DNA of 64,000 nt from Bispira polyomma (lineage: Eukaryota): contig OZ287753.1 in NCBI GenBank assembly GCA_965649765.1, positions 62,930,001 to 62,994,000 on the forward strand, read 5' to 3'. The notes under the pieces are model-generated. The model was not told where the DNA came from. It saw nothing but the letters and a program-made list of their open reading frames with translations, and did no database searches. Below are positions 42,401 through 57,400 of this stretch, in pieces. Every line of letters begins with the position of its first letter. Within the stretch, counting starts at the first letter, position 1. A program made the translations under genes and the position numbers.

Positions 42401-45400
42401 TTTTTTAATTTAAACATCTGAAGCAGTCGATATTTACCTTTTGTTTATTTATGTTCATACCTTGAATGTATATAAAAAGGTATATAAAAAGTGTTAGTTG
42501 ACAATTGCAAAATGTATCATCTTTAACAAAATTGAATGTAGACTATTCTATTGGACGGCTGTTTTTAATTAGCATTTGCCAAGAAAATATAAGTGAATAT
42601 CTTTTTTATAATATCTCTCCATAATAAAATATGTAACTTTTACACAAAGCTGTATAGATTGTCAGCCATGCTTGTTGTATGGAACAAAGTTGATTATTTA
42701 ATCTTTATTGCAATGAAGACATTCTCCACATTTTGTTTGCAATTAACACATGTATTGTAAGAGCTGTCTGTAGAAAAGTCACTTTTTTTCAAAAGTGACT
42801 GCATAGTACAGGTTTAAATGTAGACACTAGGCATATTTCACAGACGAGAATCGGTTGAATCTGTGCCCTCTAGATTAGGATCTAAATTCATTGGATTTGT
42901 TGGTTTTGTGAAATGCAAAGAGTTGGTTTCTGGATTCAAAATGGCTACCAATGATATCGATTTTAATATTACACATTTAAAATAAGTACTTCTCAAGTTC
43001 ATTTGATAATGTTCAAGTTCTTTTGCTGTTCTGAGTGTTTGTATATTTTGTATATTTGAATATGTGCAACTTTTGTGTGACTTTCCCTGCATTTTTGCAA
43101 TAAATTGTGGGTAATCCATTCGATTTGAATCTGCTGAACTACCTCTTGAGGACGATCAACAGATCACTGAAGCAGTTCACTATTCGGTGCATTTCACAAC
43201 CGAATCCGTTGATCTACGAATCTAGATTTGATGGATTGTGTCTGTGAAATACGCATATTGCTGAGTTCTATTGGTAACTGTCTTCTCCTGTTGTTACATT
43301 GTTAGGACCCCTTCAACAAGGTGAGCTATGAGATCATAGGTGATGACACGGCCAGTAGTTTCTTCAGGATAGACAGAACCTCTGGCCAGATTACAGTCAG
43401 CAACAACTTGGCTAATGATGAGACGAGGGTCTACTCGGTAAGTGTATGTTACAGTGAGGGGGTGCAGGAAAACCCTCAATAAAAGATGGAAAATGGGCAA
43501 AAAAATCAAGGACAGACTGTTGTTTAAGATAGAGTGAAACTTGTATTATAAACATCACAAAAGGGAACCCTCAAAAGTGGTCTTTATTGACAGGTGGTCT
43601 TTTATATAGAGTTTGAATATTATTAAACATTCTCAGTCTTGAAAAATCAATGTGTGGTCTTTAAACAGAGGTGGTCTCTCTCTGTAGTGGTGGTCTCTCA
43701 CTGTAGAGGTGGTCTCTCTGTAGAGGTGGTCTCTCTATGCAGGTAATCTGTCTATAGAGTTGGTCTCACTGTAGAGGTGGTCTCTCTATAGAGATGGTTT
43801 CTCTCTATAGAGGGGGTCTCGCTATAGAGGTGGTCTCTCTCTATAGAGGTGGTCTCTCTGTAGAGGTGGTCTCTCACTATAGAGGTGGTCTCTCACTATG
43901 GAGGTGGTCTCTCTCTATAGAGGTGGTCTCTCACTATGGAGGTGGTCTCTCTCTATAGAGGTGGTCTCTCACTATAGAGGTGGTCTCTCTCTGTAGAGGT
44001 GGTCATTCTCTATAGAGGTGGTCTCTCACTATGGAGGTGGTCTCTCACTATAGGGGTGGTCTCTCGCTAGAGGTGGTCTCTCTGTAGAGGTGGTCTCTCT
44101 CTATAGAGGTGGTTTCTCACTATAGAGGTGGTCTCTCTCTATAGAGGTGTTCTCTCTTTATAGAGGTGATCTCTCTATAGAGGTGGTCTCTCACTATAGA
44201 GGTGGTCTCTTTATAAAGGTGGTCTCTCTCTATAGAGGTGGTCTCTCACTAGAGAGGTGGTCTCTCTCCAGAGGTGGTCCCTTGAGCAGGTTTGACTGTT
44301 ATATAAATGTGGGCGAAGCATTGTACACAATGGAAAATTCATCATTTTATGTAGTTGGTGTACTAGGTAAATTGTTTGGTGTCTCTGTAAAATGCATTGC
44401 TTATTTGTATTTAACTAGCACTAAAACACTAAATGTAATAGAGCAGTGGTTTGTATTCATTGGTACAAAGAAATATTGCAAAACACTTTGTGCGAGGAAA
44501 CATAAATCTGGTGTATAATATGGAGCTGAAAACAATTTAACAAGTAGTTTAAAAAGATGCCTTCAAATTGAAAAATAAACTTGAGGTTGGTTGTGTATCA
44601 GTATCAGTAACTTGAGTCCCATAAAATCACTGAATTACATAGTTCTAGCCAGTGATGGAGGCTCTCCCCCTAAAACAGACACCACAGTAGTTTACAATGT
44701 ACCAGTGACTGTGGACAGAAACCTCCACAAACCTGTGTTATAACAAGCCTGTATATCACTGTATTACACATAGATCAGAGTTCTAGCCAGTGATGGCGGT
44801 TCTCCCCCTAAAACAGGAACCACAGTGGTACCAGTGACTGTGGACTGAAACCTCCACAAACCTGTGTTGTAACAAGCCTGTAAATCACTGTATTTACATA
44901 TAGATCAGAGTCCTAGCCAGTGATGGAGGCTCTCCCCCTAAAACAGACACCACAGTGGTACCAGTGACTGTAGACAGAAACCTCCACAAACCCGTGTTTG
45001 ACCCGAACAATTACCAGGCGATCATCAAAGAGACACAGTCCTTGGGAGCTACATTGGCTACAGTGGTGGCAAATGATGAGGATATGAGGGTATGTAATCT
45101 GATAGTATTTGTTTACATGGATGTATGTAACTGTCATACGACACATACAGTGTTTTTATCAGGCGCTGCCTGATATTGTTATCATTCCACAAAAGGCGCC
45201 GCCATCTTTGAAATAATATGTAACGCCTTCATGGATTGGTTAGAAGCAATCGACCCCATCAAAACTGAGGGGATGTCAGATTTGCCTGAGTATATAGTGG
45301 CCATATCAATGTTACAGTGTATTTCACATTGTGCACCTGTGTGTGTTTTTAAAGACTACTCTTGTATATTATTGGTGTAGTCGTTCTTGAATTGTGGAAG

Positions 45401-48400
45401 TAGCAGGTTCGACTCCTGTTAAATAAAGCTAATTCATTGGTGGCATAGGTACGAAGATAGGGGCCGTGGTGGCATAGTAGGTAGACATGCTTGCTAATAA
45501 TCCCTGGTCACTCTCGCCAATGTGGGTTTGAATCCTATTCATTCCTTCATTGTGGGAAAGTTTATCAGATACTTTCTGTCGGTCGGAGGTTTACTTGGTG
45601 CTTCAGCTGTTAAAAGCGACGTAAAACCCCACTAAATTCAAATTCATTGCCTGGAATAACATCGTTGGGCAGTGTATAGTGTGGTTTTTACTGCAGGAGC
45701 CAGACAATACAGTGGAGTATGAGTTAGTGGGAGATGACAGAGCCAGAAGTTACTTTGATGTGGACAGAGTGTCTGGGGATGTGTTTGTGCACAGTGAACT
45801 CACCATGGATACAACAGAACAGTACAATGTATGTATAGATTTAAGTCATATTTTGAATTGTCAAACCGCTTGAAGTATAACTCTGTTAAGTTAGTTTTTC
45901 TTTATTTGGAAGATAAAAATTGTAGTCCCACAAAATCCTTTTCTAATAAAATGTCCTAACATCCTCTCTAGTACCGTTTAGGTTATATTGGGATGGGTAG
46001 TTGGAAACGCTGGAGGAAACACTGCATACAGTTGATCAAGGTTCTGCACTGAAACCAGTTGCCCACAGTAAGTAACTACCACCTGTTAAGTGGAAATCCT
46101 ACTAAAGTGTAAACAAAGGCTTTCATGCGACCATTTATCAACATTCCCAAAGCTGTTTAGTCTGTTTGTTTTTAATTTTTAACTCAACAGTAACATGCCT
46201 TATTGATGCGAGGCATCTTCTTAAGGGCAACAACAGAGGGGAGAAAAATTAAGGATAGGGTGATTTAAAGACGAAGATTTAAAGTTTTTTTCTGAACCCA
46301 GAAAGTGTTTCGAGTGATCTAAGCTCAACAAGGAGACTGCTCCATAACATAGTGGCAGTGATTGAGGAAGCTCTTGATCCAACTCTCTTGGTAGCTTTTA
46401 TCAAGGAAACAGAAAGTCTCTCACCCCTCTTATAGTTACATCATAGTGACCAGTCTAAATCCAGGTCAATACCTTTAACTACACCTGTTTTTGTCAGGTA
46501 TTCATCATAGTAACCAGTCTAGGTCCAGTTCAATACCTTTAACTACACCTGTTTTCGTCAGGTATACATCAAAGCCACAGATCTGGGTGACAACACACAA
46601 ACCTCAGAGACCACGGCGACTGTGGCTGTTACTGTACAGAGAAATAAAGCCACACCCATGTTTATGAGTCCTGAGACATACCAAGCCACCATTAATGAGA
46701 ATGTAGGTTCTGGAAATGAGGTCACAAGGATTGAAGTAAGGGACGAGGATGTAGTAGAACCGTTCAATGAGGTTGACCTCACTGTGATTGGTGACGATGC
46801 CGCGTCGACCTTCTTCAATGTCATAGATAATACCCGAGTGATAATACGGCCAAACGCTAACTTGGCATCAGATCGTGAAACAGACTATACCTTGAGGATA
46901 GAGGCTAAAGATCGTGGGACTCCACCTAAGACTAGTACAGCTACTGTCCAGATCACAGTCATCAGGAATCTGAATACTCCTCGATTTCTTACTGAAAATA
47001 GGGGAGTCACAATCCCTGACAACGCGGCCCCAGGGACATTTGTTATCCAAGTGGAAGCTGAGGATCTGGATCGGGAAGCTCCGAATAATGAGATCGAGTT
47101 TGAAATAGATCCCGAGGGAGAAGCCAAGACGTACTTCTACATCAACCCAAATAGTGGGGAAATCACGGTACTCAAGTCTGTGCTGGAAACGTCAGAGAGT
47201 TTGTACAGGATCAAGGTCATTGCAAAAGATAAAGGTCAGTTGTGTATTAGGTATTGAAATAAAGCCAAATATTCTGAAATAAACACCCCTGGGAGTTGAT
47301 GCATTTTTCCACAGGGGGAAAGGGGGGGGGACTATTTAAGACCAAAGTGTGAATCCATTGGTCAGTGGTCAGTGGTCAGTGGTCAATATTTAAAGTTCCG
47401 GCTTGACATGTCGTAAGTTGCTGAACATGCTAAAAGTTCTAATTCTGGCTCATTCTGTCTTCTCTATTATCTATGCTGACTAATTTTATTGGTTTATTTT
47501 ATCTATTAGATTTCGAATGTAAAAATTATATGTTCATTTTAATGGCTTCATCAAGTACAGGTACATTCTTTGAAGTTTCGGTTCTGCTTTGCTATTTTTT
47601 ATAATTTTTCATTTCTTCAATGTAAATAATTTTAATAAAGAAGATTGTGTACCTTTTTAACCCAATTACCTTAGCAGTCATACACTGTATATGTACTGTA
47701 TACACAGGTTCCCCACAGCGCAGTGATGACACCTATGTAGATGTAACAGTGCTCCGAGATCAGGGTAATCTACAGTTTGCTACATCCGAGTACAGAGCCA
47801 CTGTGTCAGAAAACAGACCTGTAGGACAGGAAGTGACCAGAATCAGCACCCAGCCCTCTGTAAGTAGTTTAATTGGTTGCGAGTGATTGTAGCCACAGTT
47901 TTCAATTTTAATGGAAAGTTTTGGCTCTGATTGTTACAGTTTTTGTTTCTTATATAGGCTTTAACTTTACCAAAAATTTCATTTTTTATACAAAAAATTG
48001 TCATTTGTATTTTTCGATTTACAGTAAAACATAATATAGTGAACAGCTCTGAATAGTGAACACCTCTGTACAATGAACACTTTGTCCTGGTTCCCATTTG
48101 CCACTAGTTAATTGTACTGAATGCTGAATGCTGAAGATCTCTTTGTAGTGAACACTTTGGCTAATATACCTTTTTCTGCTTGTGCAAATGCAACCATCTA
48201 GCACGAGTAAATGTCAGTTCAATCACTGCCTAGCTCATGATGGCCCCCTCATTTGGAACAGCCTACCTGATCATGTTCGCCTGGCTCAAACTTTCTCCTC
48301 TTTCAGGAGTAAGCTGAAGGCCTATCTTTTTGAACAGGCTTTTCCACCTTAGCCGTCGCAACCATTTACGGTAGTCTCCCTGGTTACGACTTCCATCCGG

Positions 48401-51400
48401 CCACTATTTTTGATTTTCGATTAACGTTTTGGGTTTGTTGCACCTTAGAATCTGTTGTACAAAGATTAAGCGCTATAAAAGTACGACTAGATTAGATTAG
48501 ATTAGATTAGATTAGATTCCCTTAACTGAAGACACAAGCTTGGAGATGATCATTTATCAATGTCCCCCAAGGCTTTTTAGTCTGCCTTGGAGATAGGACC
48601 AAGCGATAGAGCCGACTGCCATTTTAAGTGGTCATCTGAGCCACTATACCTGGTAGCTCCAGGCTTGAACTAAACCCAGGTCCTCTGCAAGCCTAAGTGA
48701 GTGTGTTACCTATCAGGCCTTAGTGGTACATTAAATCTAGTGTAACACAGTCAAACTCCTTCAAGTAGAATTCTGCTAAGTCAATTTCCCTTATGATTAG
48801 AAATCTTTATTCTAATAACTTTAGTGCTAAGACATATTTATCAACATTGTAAAAAAATGCGCTATCTCTTTTGTTGATCTGAGGATCAACTCAACACAGT
48901 TTAACTGTATGTGGTACAAATTTATGGAACTCTACCTTGGATTAAATGGGGTCGATTGATTTCATTCTTGGTGTAAGTGTATCCCATGTAGTTGGCAGCA
49001 AAAATGCATATTTCAAATTCAGAAAAAATCCAATAGGGCCGCCGTGGAAGGTGAAAAATGGCCGCTGGAGGGCGTTGTGTGTCTTGTTAAGTCATGTCAG
49101 AACAATGATATACTATTGTTAGTAGTAAACCACGACATTATCATAATGCTTGGTAATTTGTATGTTGTCTTATTCCGTGGTCACACTGGCCTTACGTTTC
49201 AATTAAGTACAAAAAATGGCTAACATAAGCTAAAACGTTGTGAACTCAAGTAAAACATAGTAAACGTAAGTACAACATGGTACCTTAAGTTTAGTTATCT
49301 CCTGTTTTCAAAAAATGTCTTAATTTTCGGACTGCACGCAATTTTTTACGTTTTTACCATTTGCCGAAAAATTTTCCAAAAACGGGTGGTGCGTTCGCAG
49401 CAAACGTATGACACATATTCAATGCATATTTGACATAAAGGACAGGAGTAAAACGAACTATACATACAAATAATATTATAAAACAAGGAGAACGAGAACG
49501 AAACAGGTTTACAAATGTTAAAAACCAGGAGAACGAGACAAAACGGGTTTAGAAACGTGGCTAACGTATTTGTAAAATGTGGCCAACGAGGCTAACATAT
49601 TATTAAAACGTGGCTAATGAGTTAAACAAAATTGAAACGGCTATTAAAACGTATTAAATGTGTGTACAAACGTGTACAGATGCATAATGAATGTGTACAA
49701 AACGGCCCATACATAGATTTTTGCTACGTTTCGCGATTCTCCCATGGTTTTTTGCTTCGTTTTTTCCCGTTTACAAAAAAAACCAATGTAACGTGAACGT
49801 CCTTAGTGTGACCACGCCTTAAGAGGTATTTTTTTGTCCACTTGAACTGTCTACCATTTAAAAATGAAAAAGGTAGATTTAGATATTAATTAAGATTTCG
49901 GATAATATCAACTATATAAAGGTTATATTCTAATTCTAAAGTTGATAGAACATTGATTTACAATAACAAATATTATATCTGAACAGCTCTCTTGACTTCA
50001 ACGAATCAACAAAACAAATGCTGGTTTATTTCATCAATGCGACTAGTGCTTATATCAGAAGATTTGTGTTACAAGAAGGTTGTTTATTCATTATTTAGGA
50101 CCGAGTGACATATGAGATTACAGGAGAAGGCACGGCCATCAATTTTTTTGAGGTAGAAGAAAAAGGTGTTATCAGGATAAAGGAGTCACTGAAGGATGAT
50201 CCTAACAGACTGAAGACTTACAGGGTAAGCCAGGGTGCCAACAGAACTACAGTAAAATCTCTATTATTTGAACTTCTATTATCTAAACTTCTATTATCTG
50301 AACTTCTATTTTCTGAACTTCTATTATCCAAATATTCAATTTAATGAACTCATTTTCACTTTCCAAAATTTATATTTTCCTATTGTTTTATACTAAAATG
50401 CCTCTTCTATTATGGAATCTTCTATTATCCGAACAAAATCTTGCTCTCCTAACATGCTGAAATAATGGAGGTTCTATGGCTGCATATATGTATCAGAACA
50501 GTCTCTCAGTTTTACAATAAAATACAATCTCAGTTTTTCAAGTTTTTATTGTTCAGATAGGTCTATATTGCATATGTGTAATTTAAAAAAATTTTAAAAG
50601 AAAATGTTTATTTTTTTCATGTTATTAGATTATAATTGCCTATAATAAAGCATAAGATTTAAATAATGTTAAAAAAATTGTACTTAACAAAGTGACTTAC
50701 AAAATAAATTTCAGATTTGTATCGTCTCTGTGTGAGTGACATGGTAACAGTGGCATAATGTTCATTGGTTGATTTTTTTTCAAAGAAAACTATTTTGTAG
50801 AGGAAGATATTAACATTTAATCTTTATAGGAATAAAAAGATTGGTATGAATACTATAGCACTGAATTTCCGACGCAGCAAATTTAAAACAAATTGAATGA
50901 TGTTATTTTCTGGTTGATTTCAATTAAGCAATCATCTTTTTTTTAATTTATATGACAATTGTCATTCTCCTTGAAATCTACAGTTCACAACCTGTTTTTC
51001 ACTCAGTATTTTTAAATAGAACCATTGTTTTCCTTACATATTCTATTCCTTACCAACTATTGCACAGCTTTCCATAGCAGCCACCAGAGTGTTTGAGGTG
51101 ACCACCCAGATAGCTAAGACAGCAGTGGTGATAAGTGTGAACAGGAATGAGTACGCCCCTCAGTTTATACAGGGAGAGTTTCGACGTGATGCTCTGTCTG
51201 AGAAAACTCCAGTGGGTACAAGTGTAGTAAGAGTCAATGCCACAGACAGAGATGGGGTGAGTGTGTATCATTACATATAGTGTTATTATTATTAAAAGAT
51301 TTATGAAGAACAACATTTGATATGGCATCCTCTAAGGTATTAAGTTTCTGAAAAAGATTATTGTCACCCAAGAAGCAACCATCAGGTAGTTTAAATATGG

Positions 51401-54400
51401 AGGAGAACAGGTAAGTCAGAAAAGGCAGAGTGTACAAAAATCGGAGTGTGGTCACTTATGCTTAAGATCTGAAGGTAGCTAGTAACCTTAGTAACCTATT
51501 TTAATCAATGCATTCTATATGGCTTTGTTTATTTCATTCAAAAAAACCTTTGAAATTTTGTTCTACCACGTAAATATCAAACAATAAACTCCTTTATGGT
51601 TGTGTTCTGGGATCACAATGCACATGTTCAGAATTCTAGTGTGGGTAAAAAATTTCTCGTTTACAATGGATGCAGCAGTTAAATTTGTGAACTTCTGTGA
51701 GGTTTTTTGCATAATATTTACCTTAAATCTGTAAACCTTGTTAAGACGTTACTCCTCAGAAAACACAGTCAAATATCTCAGACAACATTCACTGAATTTT
51801 AATTTTGTTAAAAGTACCAAGCTAGAAAGTGTGTCACTTAATTTTTCAGGACATGTAAATTTTTAATTTGTAAATTTTGTTTTTGATATATGACAGCTGG
51901 TATAGATAATGTTTTTGATATGTTATGTACTCACACCACCATGATAGGTGAGATAACATGGATAAGGTGGTATTTTTGATTTTCTCTTGAATGCGGTCAG
52001 TTGTGTTTAAGATCTAACATCAGCTGGTAACCTATTCCTTACAGCAAGTATAGTTACTAGCATTTTGATATGTTATGTACGTAAACCACCACGGTCTATG
52101 AGGTAATTTGGATCAGGTAGTAGTTTGAGTTTTCTCTTGCATGTGGTCACTTGTGTTGAAGCTGGTAGCCTATTTATTCCAGCTAGTCTAGTTAGTGTTT
52201 TTGGTTGTATTCCCTGTTCCCCAGGATACCATGGTGTATGAGGTTGTCCATAAGGAGCCAGAGACCACCTACTTCTACCTGAACCCCAGTAGTGGTGTGA
52301 TCACACTGGCCAGAGTACTCAGTGTAGACCAACAGGTCGACTACAGGGTGAGAAACTTTAATTTGAAATTAGTTAAGTGTTACAGAAGCAGACTCGGAGT
52401 TTGAGATCACAAGGAGCTGAATAATGCTTCAATTCTTTATTTTTTTCTAAAACATATTAAATAACAAAAATAAAGCAAGTCATTATACAAGAATATCAAA
52501 AAAAATGTAAAAGAAGCCTACAATGTCATACTTCTGCTCACAATGTCTACTGTGTCTACATTGTCCAGTAATCTGTGTGTTTGTCCAGTTCAATGTGTTA
52601 GCCAGAGACCAGTCAGAGCCAGAGAAGACAGCCACAGGCCTAGTGTACATTAGGGTACAGAGAGACCTGAGGATACCGTCTTTTGAGAGTGTGCCCTACA
52701 CCAAGACCATCTCAGAGAAGTTACAACCTAATGAAGTCATCTATAACCTCAGAGGTCGAGATGATGACAAAATGGTAGGTACTATAGAAGTAAAACAGTG
52801 GGAGGTTTGTAAGGATGTTGTCTTTTGAGAATGTACCCTACACCAAGACCATTTCACAAAAGTTACAGCCTAATGAGGTCATCTATAATCTCAGAGGTCA
52901 AGATGATGACAAAATGGTAGGTACTATAGAAGTAAAACAGTGGGAGGTTTGTAAGGATGTTGTCTTTTGAGAATGTATCCTACACCAAGACCATTTCACA
53001 AAAGTTACAGCCTAATGAGGTCATCTATAACCTCAGAGGTCGAGATGATGACAAAATGGTAGGTACTATAGAAGTAAAACAGTGGGAGGTTTGTAAGGAT
53101 GTTGTCTTTTGAGAATGTACCCTACACCAAGACCATTTCACAAAAGTTACAGCCTAATGAGGTCATCTATAACCTCAGGGGGAGAGACAATGACAAAATG
53201 GTAGGTAATATAGAAGTGTAGGGGGTTTTGCAAGGATGCCGTCTTTTCACATCGTACAGGAGATCCGGTATACTTATAGCCACGTTTGAATATGTCTTTT
53301 GAGAGTGTACCCTACACAAAGATAAGTAAGAAAGAGGAGAAAAAGTGTTTATTAAATTGAATATTTAGAATGTCTAGCTCTAATATTTTAGTCCAACATC
53401 CTTCATATACAACCTAAAGCGGTTCAGCTGTATGTACATATATGCCCAACACTTTTAGGCTGAGGTACGGTGTATCAGGACTTGTACCAGTAATGTGTGT
53501 ATATATATATCCTACACTTTCAGGGTGAGTTGAGGTACGGTGTATCAGGACTTGTACCAGTAATGTGTATATATATATGTCCTACACTTTCAGGGTGAGG
53601 TACGGTGTATCAGGACTTGTACCAGTATTGTGTATATATATATGTCCTACACTTTCAGGGTGAGGTACGGTGTAGCAGGACTTGTACCAGGAATGTGTAT
53701 ATATATATGTCCTACACTTTCAGGGTGAGGTATGGTGTATCAGGACTTGTACCAGTAATGTGTATATATATATGTCCTACACTTTCAGGGTGAGTTGAGG
53801 TACGGTGTAGCAGGACTTGTACCAGTAATGTGTGTTTATATATATATCCTACACTTTCAGGGAGAGCTGAGGTACGGTGTGTCAGGACTTGTACCAGCAC
53901 CGTATTTCTTTGGAGTGAGAGCAGATACAGGAGAAGTGTATGTCAAGACGAACCTCAAGGCAGACAAAGCAAGCCAATATGTGGTAAGTTATCAAGCCCT
54001 TCTATTTTGAGTTAGTACTCTGTTAGTCCCTCACAAGTCTCTCATACTGTGCAAGTATAATCATTATGTGGTCAACTGGAATGGCCCCCAGTAGAGCACT
54101 TAAGAAAAAAAAAATAGTGAAAACTAGAATATTCCGGGATCAGCATTTCTATTTGGATCTAATCCAAAATTGAATGGATTATTTCTTGTCCCATGCCCCG
54201 CTCTCTTCACCAAATTTAATTTAAATCAGTTTAGTAGTTTATTGTGTAATTTTGCGGACAAAGAAACAAACTCCAGATGGTCACAGTTAAAAACATAACG
54301 TCCTTGGTGGAGGCAAATATACGTAACTGTCAGTTGTGTAAGATTTTAGACAAGTTTAATTGAAATACTCTGTGTTAAAAATTGGTTATGTACTTAATAT

Positions 54401-57400
54401 GGAATGGTAAAATTTCCCTATACTAGTCATACTATTCATATACATTTTTATTCTTCGAGTGTTATTTCTTTTTTTAACATTCATTGACTGTTAATTAATA
54501 GCTTTATGGAACTGCACAAAGCATTTTAGCCTAAAACGAACCAATTTAATTTGGTCACTGTTTATTTGTATGGAACTTTCTGTAATCTGTAGTATATGAA
54601 CACATTAAACACTCGGGCTTACTGGGTATCCAATTAAGCTCAACTGTTAAGCATCCACCTCATGAGCGGGAGAGTAAGAGATCGGATCCCAGCCGAGATA
54701 TAACCGTCTTTTCTTTCTTTACTTTTTTTGAGATGTCTCAAGATCCACCTCTCGTAGGCCAAGGGAGTTTAGTAGAATAATAATCGAGTAATAAAAGACA
54801 TGAGGACACGTTTTCATGCAGAAGAGGTATGGTAATATGTAGTGTATGAATGCTTTTAGCACTCAGGCTTCATGGGTCTCTCCTTCAGCTCAACTGTTAA
54901 GCTTACGCATTGTGAGCGGCCGAGCAAGAGATTGAAACCCAGCCGAGGTGTAACTTTGTTTTCATTCTTCAAACTTCCAACAACTTTTAAAATTTGGACA
55001 GCTTAAGGCATATAGAAATAATATGGACTATTTGTATTTGGTACTACATCTTTCATTTGGGATGCTGTAGTCAGATGCTTTAGTCCATGTTTCCATGTTT
55101 TTTATGTGTATGTAGTTAACAGTGTTTGTGTACGATGATGCCAACCCAGAACAGAGGGTGTACACCAATTTAACCATCACAATGAACAGGAATGAAAAGA
55201 CACCCAGGTTTCCACAGAGTGACTACAACATTGACGTGGTGGAGATAGTGTTACCAGGCACAGTTCTCAGGGACTTTACTGCTACTGATGAAGATGGGGT
55301 AGGTGACATATTACCTTAAAAAAATGAAAACTAACATCTGTGTAGTGTGAGGTTAACAACAATTTTACTGTAGTGTCAAACTTCTTTAAGCTTAACCCTT
55401 TCGGAACCCAGGAAAAAGCTATGGCCAGAAACTGAAGGAAATTTTTAAGAAATAGGTTACAGGTAGCTTGAGTCACTGAAACACACACCACAGACTACTT
55501 CCACCATTCAATAAACGGCCTCACACATAATTCTTTTAATAAAGGAATCCGCTGTACTATTTCAAGGAACTGAATCAAAATAAAATAATATTTTGGGGTT
55601 GTCGACTGCGACTGAGGCAGTAGGTTCTGTGAGTAACAAATGCTGTTGTTCCTTACCGACAACATAGAGGTCGAATGGTTAATATTATCTGCACAACATG
55701 TCTTGATTGAAACAGCAATTTGTTCCCACACTCTCAGTTTCTAGTTCACATGCCCAGAGCTATATTATGTTGGGCCTTTTATAATTTAATTATTTGGCGG
55801 GAGGAGCTAGGGTAATAGAAATTGAGAGTGAATTCTATTCAACTCCCAGAATTGATAATTTATTTAAATTTATGCAAATGGCCTGAGAGGTATGCAGTAT
55901 CCACACTGCCAAACTATTTTTAGGTTATACGATATGACACACCTTATACAGTATTTAATTTACTATTAACCTTTTCAGGCTGAGCACTCTTAATCTTCCA
56001 CAGAGGCCAGACTTTGTTGATTGTATTATATGTTTCTCTCTCTGAAACTAAACCGTTGTGCTATAGCATACGCAGTACCCTGAACATGTAAAAAAATTAA
56101 ATAATGTAAAACATTAAGAAATTAAACACGTAACTTCTGCTAATATTTTAGTGTTTGTGTTAGTCATTTTATTCGAAATTTTACATCTTAAATACAATTT
56201 TTGTAAACTTGATAGCCTCTTGATAGCCACTTCAGGGCCTGTATTCCCTGACAGAGTTAGCCTAGGCTTCAGCTTAAATCTAGCACAAAAGTATACTGAT
56301 TTAAGCCTAAGACTTGGGTATGTCCCTTTGTGAATACGGGCCCAGATAATTTTTTTTAACGTTTACTTTGGCATATCAGTGTAATCTGTCTATATTCCAT
56401 GTCTTCCTAGGATTCAGTGATATATGGCATATCAGTGTAATCTATCTATATCCCATGTCTTTCTAGGATTCAGTGACATATGGCATATCAGTGGCTGACT
56501 CCAGTGAAGAAGTGGCTGATTACTTCTATGTGATCCCTACCCGTGGACAGCTGGTATTGGCCAAGCCACTCACTCAAACAGAGACCAACAACTTCAGGGT
56601 AACACTGTTTTAAGTATTACAGTCTATTGCAGCCAAATGACTTTAAAATACAAGAAATAGAAAAAAAGTTAAAGAAAAGAAAGAATAAATGAAATTGTCA
56701 TTGAATTACAATATTTCGATACCTCGGGATAGCAATATTTTAAGTATTGTTAATTGCTGTCAAATGACTTTTAGAAAAGAAACAACAACAGATAATGAAA
56801 ATAAAATAAAAAATAAATTCATTAGGCTCCCGTAAAAATGAGATTTTCAGTTGAAATTTCAATTGTATTTGTATAGAAAGTTAGGGGTGTGCTGTAAAAA
56901 GAAGCATGAGTTATACTGAGAGAGTTTATATACATACAATAGAACCTCTATTATCCAAACTTCTGTTATCCAAATATTTGATTTTAATAACCCATTTTCA
57001 TTCTCCCAAATTTATATTTTCTTTAATATTCCGATTGTTTTATACTAAAATATCTCTTCTAGCCTCCCTTCCAGTCTTCGGACTGAGACAAGCATCACAG
57101 GTTTCAGTAAAAAGCTCAAAACACATCTCTATCAGCTCGCTTTCCCTCCCTAGCATTCATGTTATGGCCACGACTGAATCTGTGATCACGAACCTTTTTC
57201 CGTCTACCGGACTATGCTCTTGCACACTTACTAGGAAATGCGCCGCAGAGGATGCCTGGTCATCGATTTGCGCTGTAGAAGTAAAAACATTAACATTCTA
57301 GTTCATTAACATTCTACATGTATTATCCGAATAAAATCTTGCTTTTCCCCCGACATATTTGGACAATACAGGTTCTACTGTATATTTATTTATCAGTAAT

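Noticed and set aside
44147-44518. 123-aa ORF
   Set aside because: Translation of the minisatellite plus intron sequence.
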